A stretch of 64,000 nt of DNA, from contig JAFEBL010000024.1 of assembly GCA_018242665.1 (NCBI GenBank), positions 7,299 to 71,298 on the forward strand. Reading direction: 5' to 3'. The notes under the pieces are model-generated. The model made no database searches and was not told the DNA's origin. It was given only the letters and a program-made list of their open reading frames with translations. Of this stretch, positions 37,516-46,977 are shown in pieces. The position numbers and the translations under genes are program-made. The DNA comes from Nitrospira sp. (GTDB lineage Bacteria > Nitrospirota > Nitrospiria > Nitrospirales > Nitrospiraceae). Position 1 is the first letter of the stretch, and every line of letters begins with the position of its first letter.

Positions 37516-38228
37516 GTGACGAATGAGGCTGCACCGGGTCCGCAACAGACGCCGCCCTTGATGAAACGCGTGACGAATGCCCTGAAACTCGGGGCGGTCC
37601 CGCCGGTCGGGTATGCGGTCATCCAGGTTCTACGCCGCACGATGAGCTGGCACACGGAAGGTAGCGAACACGTGTCCCGTCTCTTCGACGAAGGTCGGGC
37701 GGTCATCCTGGCGTTCTGGCATGCCCAGCAATTGATGATGCCGCTGGCCATTCCCAACCTGCAGGCGCACGTCTTGATCAGCCAGCACCGTGACGGCGAA
37801 TTGATCAAACGGATCATTGCACGCTTCGGATTGGATGCCGTCCGCGGCTCCAGCACCAGAGGCGGAGCAGAAGCGCTTCGCCGCATGATTCGCATTGGCC
37901 GGTCGGGCGGCAATCTGGCGGTGACGCCGGACGGCCCGAAGGGACCACGCCAGATTGCCAAGGTGGGTGTGGTGCAGTTGGCGCGTGCGGCTGGGATGCC
38001 GATTATCCCGATGGCGTTCGGCTGCTCAAAAAAAAACTCTTCGCGAGCTGGGACCGGTTTATCATGCCCTATCCGTTTTCGCGGGGAGTCTTCCTCATGG
38101 GGCCACCCATCTGGATACCGGCGGATGCGTCCGCTGACGAGCTGGAGCGGGTGCGCCAAGAGCTGGACGCGGCTCTGAATCGCCTGACGATCGAGGCCGA
38201 CGCGGCGGCTCTGCGGGCTCGTCCGTAA
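37516..38228 (+). CDS. DUF374 (LPLAT-like) protein, reading frame interrupted at an A9 run; a -1 shift is needed for full length
   Basis: Frame 0 (37516..38178) matches DUF374 up to PIIPMAFGCSKK and then loses resemblance. The -1 frame continues LFASWDRFIMPYPFSRGVFLMGPPIWIP... and stops at 38226-38228 in a TAATG overlap with kdtA. Confidence 0.75.
38028..38036 (+). other. A9 homopolymer at the DUF374 frame switch (candidate slippery site or sequencing-error hotspot)
   Basis: tc-AAAAAAAAA-ctc read directly. Frame-0 codons are tca aaa aaa aac; slipping back one base gives tca aaa aaa aaa ctc ttc gcg agc tgg. Confidence 0.8.
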
Positions 38229-39583
38229 TGTGGTATCTGCTCTATAACAGCCTTCTGCTGCTGCTGTCTCCGATCATTCTGTGCGTCCTGCTGGCGAAAC
38301 AGCGATGCCGTCGCGGCTTGCCGCAGCGTCTGGGCTTGCGTTCAGTGACGCGGCTTCCCGATGCGAATGGCCCATCGACCTGTATCTGGATTCACGCCGT
38401 CTCCCTGGGCGAAGTGGTGGCGGTGGTTCCGCTCGTGCGCGAACTGGGTCGGCGGTATCCTGATGCACGATTGGTGGTCTCGACCGTGACCGAGACCGGC
38501 CGCGAGGCGGTGGAGCAGCGGCTTGATGGAGTGGCCGAACATCGGTACGCTCCGCTGGATTTCCCGTGGGTCGTCAACCAGGCGATCGATCAACTGAAGC
38601 CGAACCTTTACGTATTCGTGGAAACTGAACTCTGGCCCAACCTGCTTCGGAGCCTGTGGCAGCGCAAGATTCCCTCGGTGCTGGTCAATGGGCGGCTCTC
38701 CACGCGATCGTTCGAGCGGCAGCGGCTCCCTCTTATTCGAGGATTTTATGGGACGATGTTGAGGAGGATCAGCCGTTGCCTCATGCAGTCGCCGCGTGAT
38801 GCGCAACGTCTGATCGACCTGGGCGCCGATCCAGCGCGCGTCACGTGCACGGGCAACATCAAGTTCGACCAGCCGGTTCCGCAGGCGGGCGCGGGGGGGC
38901 CGGTTATCTCCAAGCAGACCCTGGGATTCAGCGAAGGGGAACGGCTCATCGTCGCGGGCAGCACCCATCCAGGGGAGGAAGATGCGATCGTCGCCGCCTA
39001 TCAGTCCTTGTGCGACACCTTCCCCGACCTGCGATTGGTGCTGGCGCCGAGGCATATCGAGCGTGCGGCCCAGGTTGAACACATGGTACGAGCCAAGGGA
39101 TTGGCCGTGTCTCGGCGCAGCAGTGTCAGTGCGGGAGCGATGCCAGAGCCCGGGCCACGTGTGGTGGTGTTGGATACGCGCGGTGAGTTGGCGTTGCTGT
39201 ATCGTGAGGCCGTCGTGGCGTTTGTTGGCGGAACGCTGGTTCCCGTGGGCGGGCACAATCTGCTGGAGCCGGCCGTCTGGAGTAAGCCGGTGCTCTTCGG
39301 GCCCCATACCGACCATTGTGCGGAAGTGGCGGCGCTGCTCGTGAATGCCCGTGGAGGGCGGGTCGTGCCGGATGCAGCTTCGCTGGCGCAAGCTCTGCGC
39401 GAACTGCTGGGTGATGCCGCCGTCTTGAACCGGATGGGCGAGGCGGCGCAGCAGGTGGTGGCGGATAACCAGGGGGCGCTTCAGCGCAGCGCGGAGATCA
39501 TTGCGTCCTTGTTGCCGCCGCGAGAGACGCTTACGGAACGGAGCGGCGCACAGCAGGGGGAGCGCTTGCGCGGCCACTACTAA
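38228..39583 (+). CDS. waaA: 3-deoxy-D-manno-octulosonic acid (Kdo) transferase
   Basis: N-terminal anchor, WIHAVSLGEV, ETELWPNL and GGHNLLEP are KdtA/WaaA motifs. Confidence 0.92.
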   Translation: MWYLLYNSLLLLLSPIILCVLLAKQRCRRGLPQRLGLRSVTRLPDANGPSTCIWIHAVSLGEVVAVVPLVRELGRRYPDARLVVSTVTETGREAVEQRLDGVAEHRYAPLDFPWVVNQAIDQLKPNLYVFVETELWPNLLRSLWQRKIPSVLVNGRLSTRSFERQRLPLIRGFYGTMLRRISRCLMQSPRDAQRLIDLGADPARVTCTGNIKFDQPVPQAGAGGPVISKQTLGFSEGERLIVAGSTHPGEEDAIVAAYQSLCDTFPDLRLVLAPRHIERAAQVEHMVRAKGLAVSRRSSVSAGAMPEPGPRVVVLDTRGELALLYREAVVAFVGGTLVPVGGHNLLEPAVWSKPVLFGPHTDHCAEVAALLVNARGGRVVPDAASLAQALRELLGDAAVLNRMGEAAQQVVADNQGALQRSAEIIASLLPPRETLTERSGAQQGERLRGHY

Positions 39584-39854
39584 CAGCTTGCGGAAAAACT
39601 CGCTTTTTGGATTGTAGCGCTGGGCGTCCCGACCCATCCCGCGTCAATACACACTGCAGGATGCGCAAAAAGGCCATCCAGCAAGGCCGCAGCGAGCGAA
39701 GTGGCGAATCGTACTTTTGCGGTACGGTGAGTCGCTGAGGTTCACGACGCGCGGAATAACGCGCGTCACGCTTGTGGACGCCGCCGAGCCGGTGAGGCGG
39801 CCGTGTCTTGCGAGAACGCCGCTGGCGGACTTTTTCCGCATCCTGATAAGGAGG

Positions 39855-40925
39855 ATGATGTCGGCTGGCATACAGTCCTGGTTTCGATGGGCCGGGTATC
39901 CCTATGAGCTGGTCTCCAGGGTTCGCGTGTCGTGTTATGAACGGGGCTGGTGTCAGACGCGATGGTTGCCCCGCCCTGTCATTAGTGTCGGCAATCTTAC
40001 GGTGGGCGGGACGGGAAAAACTCCGGTTGTGATGTACATCGTCGACCGATTGGCGAGCCAGGGCAAACGCGTGGCCGTGTTGAGCCGCGGGTATCGTCGT
40101 CGAAGCAGGGCTGCACAACTCCTTGTCTCCGACGGGCAGCGGGTCCTGGTTGGCCCGGAAGAAGCGGGAGACGAGCCCCATTTGATCGCTCGACGCTGTC
40201 CGCAGGCGGTGGTGGCAGTGGGGGCCGATCGCTTTGCGCTGGGCCAGTGGGTGTTGAGCCGGTTGCCGGTCGATTGTTTCGTGCTGGACGATGGATTTCA
40301 GCATGTGCAGCTCCATCGCGATGTGAATGTGCTGTTGGTCGATGCGACGGATCTTGATGGACTCAGGGCAGGATTGCCGGCCGGGCGGCTGCGGGAACCA
40401 CTGTCCGCAGCTGCGCGCGCCTCGGTGGTGCTGATCACCAGGGCCCAACAGCCATCGGATGCGGAACTGGCCTGGCGGCTTGTACAGGCGGCCTGTCCGG
40501 CCCTCCCACCTCCGGTCTGTGTGGCGTTTCCTGCGGAGGAATTCCGACGGATCGGGACGGATGAGCGTGGAGCACTCAGCGCATTTCGCGGCCGTACGGC
40601 GATGCTCTTCAGCGGCATCGGGAATGCGGCGTCGTTTCGCTCCCTGGTGGCGGGGGTGGGGGTGACGGTGATCGACCACCTGGCATTTCCCGATCATGTG
40701 CACTATACCCATGCCATGGTGGAGACGATTCGGGCCAGAGCGAAAGCCGCAGGGGCTGCGATGTTGGTGACGACGGAAAAGGATGCCGACAAGGTCGCGC
40801 CGTTTTTGACGGCTGCGGATGCCTGTTGGGCGGTCAGGCTCACGACCGAGATTGTGTCGGGGCAGGAGCAGTTGGAGACACTGTTGACTCTCGACAGACG
40901 GAGCAAGTCGGCAGGCCATGCGTAA
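39855..40925 (+). CDS. lpxK: Tetraacyldisaccharide 4'-kinase LpxK
   Basis: ORF 39717..40925 trimmed to ATG 39855, which is preceded by AAGGAGG. P-loop VISVGNLTVGGTGKTP, then LSRGY and LDDGFQH. Confidence 0.9.
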   Translation: MMSAGIQSWFRWAGYPYELVSRVRVSCYERGWCQTRWLPRPVISVGNLTVGGTGKTPVVMYIVDRLASQGKRVAVLSRGYRRRSRAAQLLVSDGQRVLVGPEEAGDEPHLIARRCPQAVVAVGADRFALGQWVLSRLPVDCFVLDDGFQHVQLHRDVNVLLVDATDLDGLRAGLPAGRLREPLSAAARASVVLITRAQQPSDAELAWRLVQAACPALPPPVCVAFPAEEFRRIGTDERGALSAFRGRTAMLFSGIGNAASFRSLVAGVGVTVIDHLAFPDHVHYTHAMVETIRARAKAAGAAMLVTTEKDADKVAPFLTAADACWAVRLTTEIVSGQEQLETLLTLDRRSKSAGHA

Positions 40926-42609
40926 GGAAGAGATCCGCCGTATCGTCGTTCGCGGGCCCAACTGGTTGGGCGATGCCGTGATGTGCGAGCCGGCGCTGGC
41001 GCAGGTGCGCACATTGTTCCCGCAGGCCGAGATCACCTTGCTGGTCAAGCCGGCGATCGCGGATGTGCTGGCGCACCATCCGGCGGTGACGCGTACGCTG
41101 GTGTATGACGACCGGGGGCGCCATGCTGGATTGATCGGTAAATGGACCCTGGCCGGTGTGTTGCGCCGGCATCGGTTCAATCTCGCCATTCTCTTTCAGA
41201 ATGCATTTGAGGCGGCGCTGATCAGTTTTCTGGCTGGCATTCCGCGGCGGTTCGGGTACGCGACGGACGGGCGGAGTCTCCTGCTATCCGATCCTGTTCT
41301 CGTGCCGCCGCGGAGTGCGCAACGGCATCAGGTCGAGTACTATTGGGATTTGCTCAAACCGCTGGGAGGGCAAGGCCAGGCACCTGCTCCGCGATTATTT
41401 GTCACGGCGGAAGAAACCGCCTTGATCGCTCGCCGTCTCGCCGATGCCGGCATTGGCGCGTCGGACCTGGTCATCGGGGTCAATCCCGGTTCGACCTACG
41501 GCCATGCCAAGCGGTGGCTCCCGGAGCGGTATGCCGAGGTGGTCAATCGAGTGGTCAAGGACGTGCAAGGTCAAACGGGGGGACGCGTTGGGGTGGCGAT
41601 TGTCGGAGCCAAGGGCGAGGAACCGTTGGGCAAAGCCATCGCCGACCAGATCAAGACTCGTACGGTGGTCTGTTCGGGACAGACCACGGTGCGGGAATTG
41701 ATGGCATTGGTGAAACGCTGCCAGTTGTTCCTGACCAACGATACGGGGCCCATGCATGTCGCGGCCGCCTTCAACGTGCCGTTGGTGGCCGTCTTCGGGC
41801 CGACCGATTGGCAGACGACCTCGCCGTTCGGCGTCGAGGCCCAGTTGGTCCGGCAACCGGTGTCCTGTGCACCCTGTCTGTTGAGAGAATGCCCCATCGA
41901 TCATCGGTGCATGACCGGGGTGACGGTGGACCAGGTGCATGCTGCGGCAACCCGTCACCTGCCGCTTGCCGGACCACCACTTGCCGAGCCTGGGCTGACG
42001 CCGGTCCGCGCTCCGGTACCCATGTCCTTGGCGGGGGTCACCGTATTTCTGGATCGCGACGGGACCTTGAACATCGATACCGGATACCTCAAGTCGCCTG
42101 ACGACCTCACCGTATTGCCAGGAGTCGGCGCTGCCTTGGCCAGGCTCAAACAAGCCGGGGCACGGCTGATTGTGGTGACCAATCAATCCGGGTTGGGGCG
42201 CGGGTACTTTACCTCCAAAGATCTGGAGGCGATTCATCATAAGTTACGGCTGGTGCTGGCGGAGGACGGCGTGACGCTCGACGGCGTGTATTTCTGTCCG
42301 CATCATCCGGACGACCGATGCAACTGTCGCAAACCGGCGCGGGGTATGATCGACCGCGCGTTGGCCGAGCTGCACGTCGATCTGAGCCGCGCCTATGTCG
42401 TGGGGGACAGCGCTCGTGATGTCGAACTCGCCAGGCAGGTGGGCGCACAGGGCATCCTCGTGATGACTGGCCCATCTGGGGCCGAGGCGTTGGCTGACCT
42501 CACGGCACGAGACCTGCCCCCGGATCATGTGGCCGAGGACCTCACGCGGGCCGTGGACTGGATCGTCACCCATGCGACGCGTATGCCGGCTGCCAACGTG
42601 TCGCCATGA
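40918..42609 (+). CDS. Fusion protein: GT9 ADP-heptose:LPS heptosyltransferase (WaaF-like) plus D,D-heptose-1,7-bisphosphate phosphatase (GmhB-like HAD)
   Basis: N-terminal about 350 aa: IVVRGPNWLGDAVM, NDTGPMHVAAA and FGPTD (GT9). C-terminal about 190 aa: VFLDRDGTLN, VVTNQSG, zinc motif CPHHPDDRCNCRKP and GDSARD (GmhB). Confidence 0.85.
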   Translation: MRKEEIRRIVVRGPNWLGDAVMCEPALAQVRTLFPQAEITLLVKPAIADVLAHHPAVTRTLVYDDRGRHAGLIGKWTLAGVLRRHRFNLAILFQNAFEAALISFLAGIPRRFGYATDGRSLLLSDPVLVPPRSAQRHQVEYYWDLLKPLGGQGQAPAPRLFVTAEETALIARRLADAGIGASDLVIGVNPGSTYGHAKRWLPERYAEVVNRVVKDVQGQTGGRVGVAIVGAKGEEPLGKAIADQIKTRTVVCSGQTTVRELMALVKRCQLFLTNDTGPMHVAAAFNVPLVAVFGPTDWQTTSPFGVEAQLVRQPVSCAPCLLRECPIDHRCMTGVTVDQVHAAATRHLPLAGPPLAEPGLTPVRAPVPMSLAGVTVFLDRDGTLNIDTGYLKSPDDLTVLPGVGAALARLKQAGARLIVVTNQSGLGRGYFTSKDLEAIHHKLRLVLAEDGVTLDGVYFCPHHPDDRCNCRKPARGMIDRALAELHVDLSRAYVVGDSARDVELARQVGAQGILVMTGPSGAEALADLTARDLPPDHVAEDLTRAVDWIVTHATRMPAANVSP

Positions 42610-42619
42610 TCGAGGCAGT

Positions 42620-43678
42620 ATGCCTGGTGGTCGAATGACCGATCCTGTCCGCCGCATTCTCCTCATCAAACCCAGTTCGCTGGGCGACATCGTGCATGCG
42701 ATGCCAACCCTGGCTGCGTTGCGCGAGCGATTTCCCCAGGCGGAGGTGACGTGGCTGGTCAAGCGGCAATGGGCGCCGCTGGTGGAGGTCATTGTCGGTG
42801 TGGATCGGGTCTGCGCGGTCGATCGCGGGCTGATGGGTTGGTTGGGCCGGGTGCCGGAATTGCGTGCTGCCGGATTCGATCTCGTCGTCGATCTGCAAGG
42901 GTTGTTCAGAAGCGGAGCCATGGCGGGATTGACCGGCTGCGCCAGGCGCGCCGGGTTTGCGAATGCCCGGGAGGGAAGTCCGTTCTTCTATACCCAGCGA
43001 GTGGTGGTGCCTTCCACACCCATGCACGCCGTCGATCGGTACTTGCTCGTGGCGGAGGCGCTCGGAGCCGCACGTCCATCCAAGCCACGGTTTGAATTTC
43101 TGGATCGGCCAGACGACCGGCAGGCGGTGGACAGCCTCCTCGCACAAGCCGGGATCGACGGCTCCTCTCCCTGGGTCGCGATGAATGTGTCTGCGCGATG
43201 GGAGACGAAGCGCTGGCCGCCGCAACACTTTGCCGAGGCGGCAGACCGGTTGGCTGAGCGCTATGGCGTGCCGGTAGTCCTGATAGGCGGGCCGGCGGAA
43301 CGACCGGAATCCCTCGCGGTGACGGAGCGCATGCATACGAAAGCGGTTGATCTCACGGGACAGACCCCTGTACGCTGGCTGCCCGGTTTGTTGCGCCGGG
43401 CCAGCCTGTTGCTGACCAACGATTCCGGCCCGATGCATATTGCAGCGGCAGTGGAGACTCCGGTGGTGGCGCTCTTCGGCCCGACCGATCCGGTCAAAAC
43501 GGGACCCTACGGTCAACGGCATGTCGTGTTGTCCTATGCCGTCGAGTGCAGACCCTGCATGCGCCGGGACTGCACCCGCGCCGTGGCGCTCGAATGTTTG
43601 ACGGCGGTGCAACCGGAGCAGGTCGTTCAGGCGGTGGTCCGGCAGCTCGGATTGGAATCTCAGTCAGGAATCGTGTGA
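42620..43678 (+). CDS. GT9 heptosyltransferase (WaaC-like)
   Basis: ORF trimmed to ATG 42620 (alternative 42635). ILLIKPSSLGDIVHAMP, DLQGLFRSG, NDSGPMHIAAA and FGPTDP. Confidence 0.85.
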   Translation: MPGGRMTDPVRRILLIKPSSLGDIVHAMPTLAALRERFPQAEVTWLVKRQWAPLVEVIVGVDRVCAVDRGLMGWLGRVPELRAAGFDLVVDLQGLFRSGAMAGLTGCARRAGFANAREGSPFFYTQRVVVPSTPMHAVDRYLLVAEALGAARPSKPRFEFLDRPDDRQAVDSLLAQAGIDGSSPWVAMNVSARWETKRWPPQHFAEAADRLAERYGVPVVLIGGPAERPESLAVTERMHTKAVDLTGQTPVRWLPGLLRRASLLLTNDSGPMHIAAAVETPVVALFGPTDPVKTGPYGQRHVVLSYAVECRPCMRRDCTRAVALECLTAVQPEQVVQAVVRQLGLESQSGIV

Positions 43679-44793
43679 ACATTCTCATCGCAGAATCCAG
43701 CATGGCGGTCGGCGGACAGGAGTTGGCCGTGTTGCTGCATGCCGAACGATTGGTGAAGCGCGGGCATCGTATCCTGCTGGTGCTGGAACCGCATAGCCCC
43801 ATCATGGTGATGGCCAGGGAACGCGGATTGCCGGTCGAGCCGTTCGTCATGCGGCAATGGCGCCTGCCGCTGTCGATCCTGGCATTCCGGCGGTTGCTGA
43901 CGCGGGAGCGTCCCGATATTGTCCACGTCAACAGCTCGCGCGACAGTTGGATCGCGGCTCTTGCGACCAGACTGCTTCATCCGCGCCCCAAGGTCATTCG
44001 CACGCGGCATATTTCCGCGCCGCTGAACAAGAATGCCACTACACACCTGCTCTATCGGCGTCTCTTTGACATGGTCATCGTGACCGGCGGGGAGCGAAAC
44101 CGTCAGGATCTCATTCATCGGGATGGTCTGTTGCCTGAGCGGGTCGCTGCCTTTCCCATCGGGCTCGACGTTGAACAGTTTTCGCCGGCGCAGCCCCGGC
44201 ACGATCTCCGGGCCGAGCTCGGGATTCCGTCCGAGCATTTGTTGGTCGGCATGATTTCTTACCTGCGCGATTATAAGGGCCATCGTTATCTGGTGGAGGC
44301 CGTGCCCCGGGTGTTGGCGCAACACCAAGCGGTGACGTTTCTCATCGTCGGGGAAGGGCCGGAGGAAGGGAATATTCGGGTGCAGATCGAACGGTTGGGC
44401 CTCACGGCGTCGGTGCGGATGTTGGGCTTTCGCGATGACCTTCTGGATGTGTTCCGCTCGTTGAACCTGTTCGTCATTCCCACGGTGGAGGGCGATACCA
44501 TTCCCCAGGTGTTGATGCAGGCATTGGCCGTCGGTTTGCCGGTCGTCTCCACGACCACCGGATCCATTCCCGATGTGATCAAGGACGGGGAGTCTGGTGT
44601 GCTCGTTCCACCCCGTGATGTCGCCGCCTTGGCCAAGGGAATCGTGCGGCTTCTCCAGGACCAGGCACTTCGCGAGCACATGGGAAATCGCGGCCGCCAG
44701 ACGGTCGTGCAGACCTATTCCATCGACCGGATGGTGGATGAATTGGAGCGCGTCTATCGGCGGGTGAGCGGGCGGCAGGGGCTTGCATCATGA
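43675..44793 (+). CDS. GT4 family glycosyltransferase
   Basis: GTGA overlap with the upstream stop. GGQELAVLL in the N-domain; C-domain has E-x7-E type motifs (PTVEGDTIPQVLMQALAVGLPVVST). Confidence 0.8.
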   Translation: MNILIAESSMAVGGQELAVLLHAERLVKRGHRILLVLEPHSPIMVMARERGLPVEPFVMRQWRLPLSILAFRRLLTRERPDIVHVNSSRDSWIAALATRLLHPRPKVIRTRHISAPLNKNATTHLLYRRLFDMVIVTGGERNRQDLIHRDGLLPERVAAFPIGLDVEQFSPAQPRHDLRAELGIPSEHLLVGMISYLRDYKGHRYLVEAVPRVLAQHQAVTFLIVGEGPEEGNIRVQIERLGLTASVRMLGFRDDLLDVFRSLNLFVIPTVEGDTIPQVLMQALAVGLPVVSTTTGSIPDVIKDGESGVLVPPRDVAALAKGIVRLLQDQALREHMGNRGRQTVVQTYSIDRMVDELERVYRRVSGRQGLAS

Positions 44794-46931
44794 TGGCACG
44801 ATGGGCCGGCACCTCAACGTCGATTCGCAAGACCGTTTTGTTCTGGTGGATTCTCTTTGTGGTCATTCAGACGGCGGAGCGGCTGTTTCTTCTTGGGGAG
44901 GCGTTGGAACAGGAAACTCCGTCTGCGCTGCTCCTCCTCAAAACGCTGGTGGTCGGGGTGCGGGGAGATTTCATCACGGCGACCTTCGCCCTCGCGTTGG
45001 CCCTAGTTGGAGCGAGTGGTTGGACACTCCTCAGGCATGGATGGACTACCCTGCATCGTTCATCGCAGGCCTGCGTGCGCACCTTTTTATCTGCGTTTCG
45101 TGTGAATGCGACCCTTGTCGGGTTGTTGTTGTTCGCGCTCCTCTGTGTCGACATGGGTTACTACGGATTCAATCGCCAGCACATGGATTTCGTCTTTCTC
45201 GAATACATCGAGGATCTGTTCACGCCGGTCACGATGACGGGCAGTACCAACGAGCAGGCTATGCAACAAACCAGTGCGGAACTGGGGGCGGCAGGCAAAT
45301 GGGCCTGGCGGCTGGCCTGTTTCATTGCGCTACAGGTTGCCGGCATGGCGATCTGGTGGTGGAGCTTTTCCACTGCGGTAGTACCGGCGCTGGATCGTTG
45401 GCGGCCCGGTTCAGGATTTCAAGCCAATGCGTTCCTCGCGGTGGTGTTGGTCGCCGGTGGTGCCGGCTTTCACCATTCCGGTCCATATGGCATTCGCATC
45501 GCGCCGATCGGCAGCATGGTCTATTACACCTTGGCGCAGAATCCGGTCTTGTTTGCGAGTGAAGCGTTGCGCATTGCTCTCGTCTCTCGCGAAGGGGGTG
45601 CACGACAGGCAAACGCTGATGCTATGCCCTATGACCTCGCCGTGCGGACCACGCAGCGACTCTTGGGCCAGGCCGAGACGTTCGTCGATTCCAGGTATCC
45701 GCTGATTCGGACCATCACCCCTTCACCGGACAGCGTTCACCTTCCGACAAAACCCAATATTCTCCTGCTGTTCCTCGAAGGGCTGGATCGCCGGTATCTG
45801 GGGCAGACCTACGGCGACGTAAAGGGCACGCCATTTTTGGATCGGCTCAAGGACGACAGCGTCTATTTCCAACATTTCTTTTCCAACGGCGTGCAAACCT
45901 CCCGCGGCCTGTTTTCCACGCTCTGCAGTACCTTTCCTCGCCATGGGGCGGCCGCCATGAAGACACGGTACGCTCATGATTACCTCTGCCTTCCCTCGCT
46001 GTTGCAACGCCAGGGGTATCACACGGAAATGGTGATCGGCCAACATCGTGATCTGAACCGGCTGCAAACGTTCGTGGCTCGTAACGGACTGCAACAGTTG
46101 CTCGACGAAGGAGACTTCCCGCCCGGCACCGAACGCGCGGGGCTGGGGATCGTCGATGGGGCATTGTTTGATCTGTGCTACGAACGGATTAAACAGCATC
46201 AGGGCGACAGCCAGCCGTTTTTGCTGACCACGCTGACCCTGTCGACGCACCATCCCTTTATTACTCCGGACCGTCACCCGGAGGTGCGCGTGCTCCAGCA
46301 GCAGGTGCAGGATAAGTATGTAGCGGCCTTGCGATACACGGACCTTGAATTGGAACGGGTCTTTACCAGGCTTGTCCGCGAGGGCCTGTTGCGCAATACC
46401 ATCGTGGTGATTCTCGGGGATCACGGACGGCATGAGGCGGTGGGGCATACGGATGTCGAACGGAAGGCCGGCCATTTCGCCTCCCCGTTATTGATTTGGA
46501 TGGACGATTCGTTGCGTTCGCCTGCAACGTACCGGCCGCGGACGGTGTCGGCCGTTGCCAGCCAGGTGGATGTGGCGCCGACAGTGCTGGCGCTGACCGG
46601 CGGGCTTCCGGCAGTGGGGTCGTTTGCCGGCCATGATGTCAGTTGCCTGCTGGTACGGGACTGTGTCCCTGATCAGGTCGCGTATTTGACGAGCGTGTAC
46701 GATAACCTGGTTGGGTTTGCCAGTGCGGACGGACTGTTGCTGTACTCGCTGTCGACGGAAACCTATCAGGAAGCCACCTTACAGTTCGAATCGATGCCGG
46801 ACGACCAGGGCAACCGGCGCCGGTTGTCCGCCGTCCGTGGGCCGGAATTGCTCGCCCTGCACGAAGTGGCCAACGTGGCGCTGGACTCCAACCGGCTATG
46901 GTCGTGGCGGGATTTCGGCTCGCGCCTGTGA
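44790..46931 (+). CDS. Membrane-anchored sulfatase/LTA-synthase family transferase (phosphoglycerol or phosphoethanolamine transferase-like)
   Basis: ATGA overlap with the upstream stop. About 5 TM N-terminal domain, then an alkaline-phosphatase-superfamily domain (ILLLFLEGLD, NGVQTSRGLFS, STHHPF, ILGDHG). Confidence 0.75.
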   Translation: MMARWAGTSTSIRKTVLFWWILFVVIQTAERLFLLGEALEQETPSALLLLKTLVVGVRGDFITATFALALALVGASGWTLLRHGWTTLHRSSQACVRTFLSAFRVNATLVGLLLFALLCVDMGYYGFNRQHMDFVFLEYIEDLFTPVTMTGSTNEQAMQQTSAELGAAGKWAWRLACFIALQVAGMAIWWWSFSTAVVPALDRWRPGSGFQANAFLAVVLVAGGAGFHHSGPYGIRIAPIGSMVYYTLAQNPVLFASEALRIALVSREGGARQANADAMPYDLAVRTTQRLLGQAETFVDSRYPLIRTITPSPDSVHLPTKPNILLLFLEGLDRRYLGQTYGDVKGTPFLDRLKDDSVYFQHFFSNGVQTSRGLFSTLCSTFPRHGAAAMKTRYAHDYLCLPSLLQRQGYHTEMVIGQHRDLNRLQTFVARNGLQQLLDEGDFPPGTERAGLGIVDGALFDLCYERIKQHQGDSQPFLLTTLTLSTHHPFITPDRHPEVRVLQQQVQDKYVAALRYTDLELERVFTRLVREGLLRNTIVVILGDHGRHEAVGHTDVERKAGHFASPLLIWMDDSLRSPATYRPRTVSAVASQVDVAPTVLALTGGLPAVGSFAGHDVSCLLVRDCVPDQVAYLTSVYDNLVGFASADGLLLYSLSTETYQEATLQFESMPDDQGNRRRLSAVRGPELLALHEVANVALDSNRLWSWRDFGSRL

Positions 46932-46977
46932 CCATCGTAGGCCGGCGTTCGTCGCCGTGACCGTGTGAGAAGGATCT

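Noticed and set aside
39644-39871. 75 aa minus-strand ORF inside the kdtA-lpxK spacer.
   Set aside because: No recognisable family and no obvious ribosome-binding site. It overlaps the lpxK RBS and start. The spacer is treated as non-coding and reported as a finding instead.
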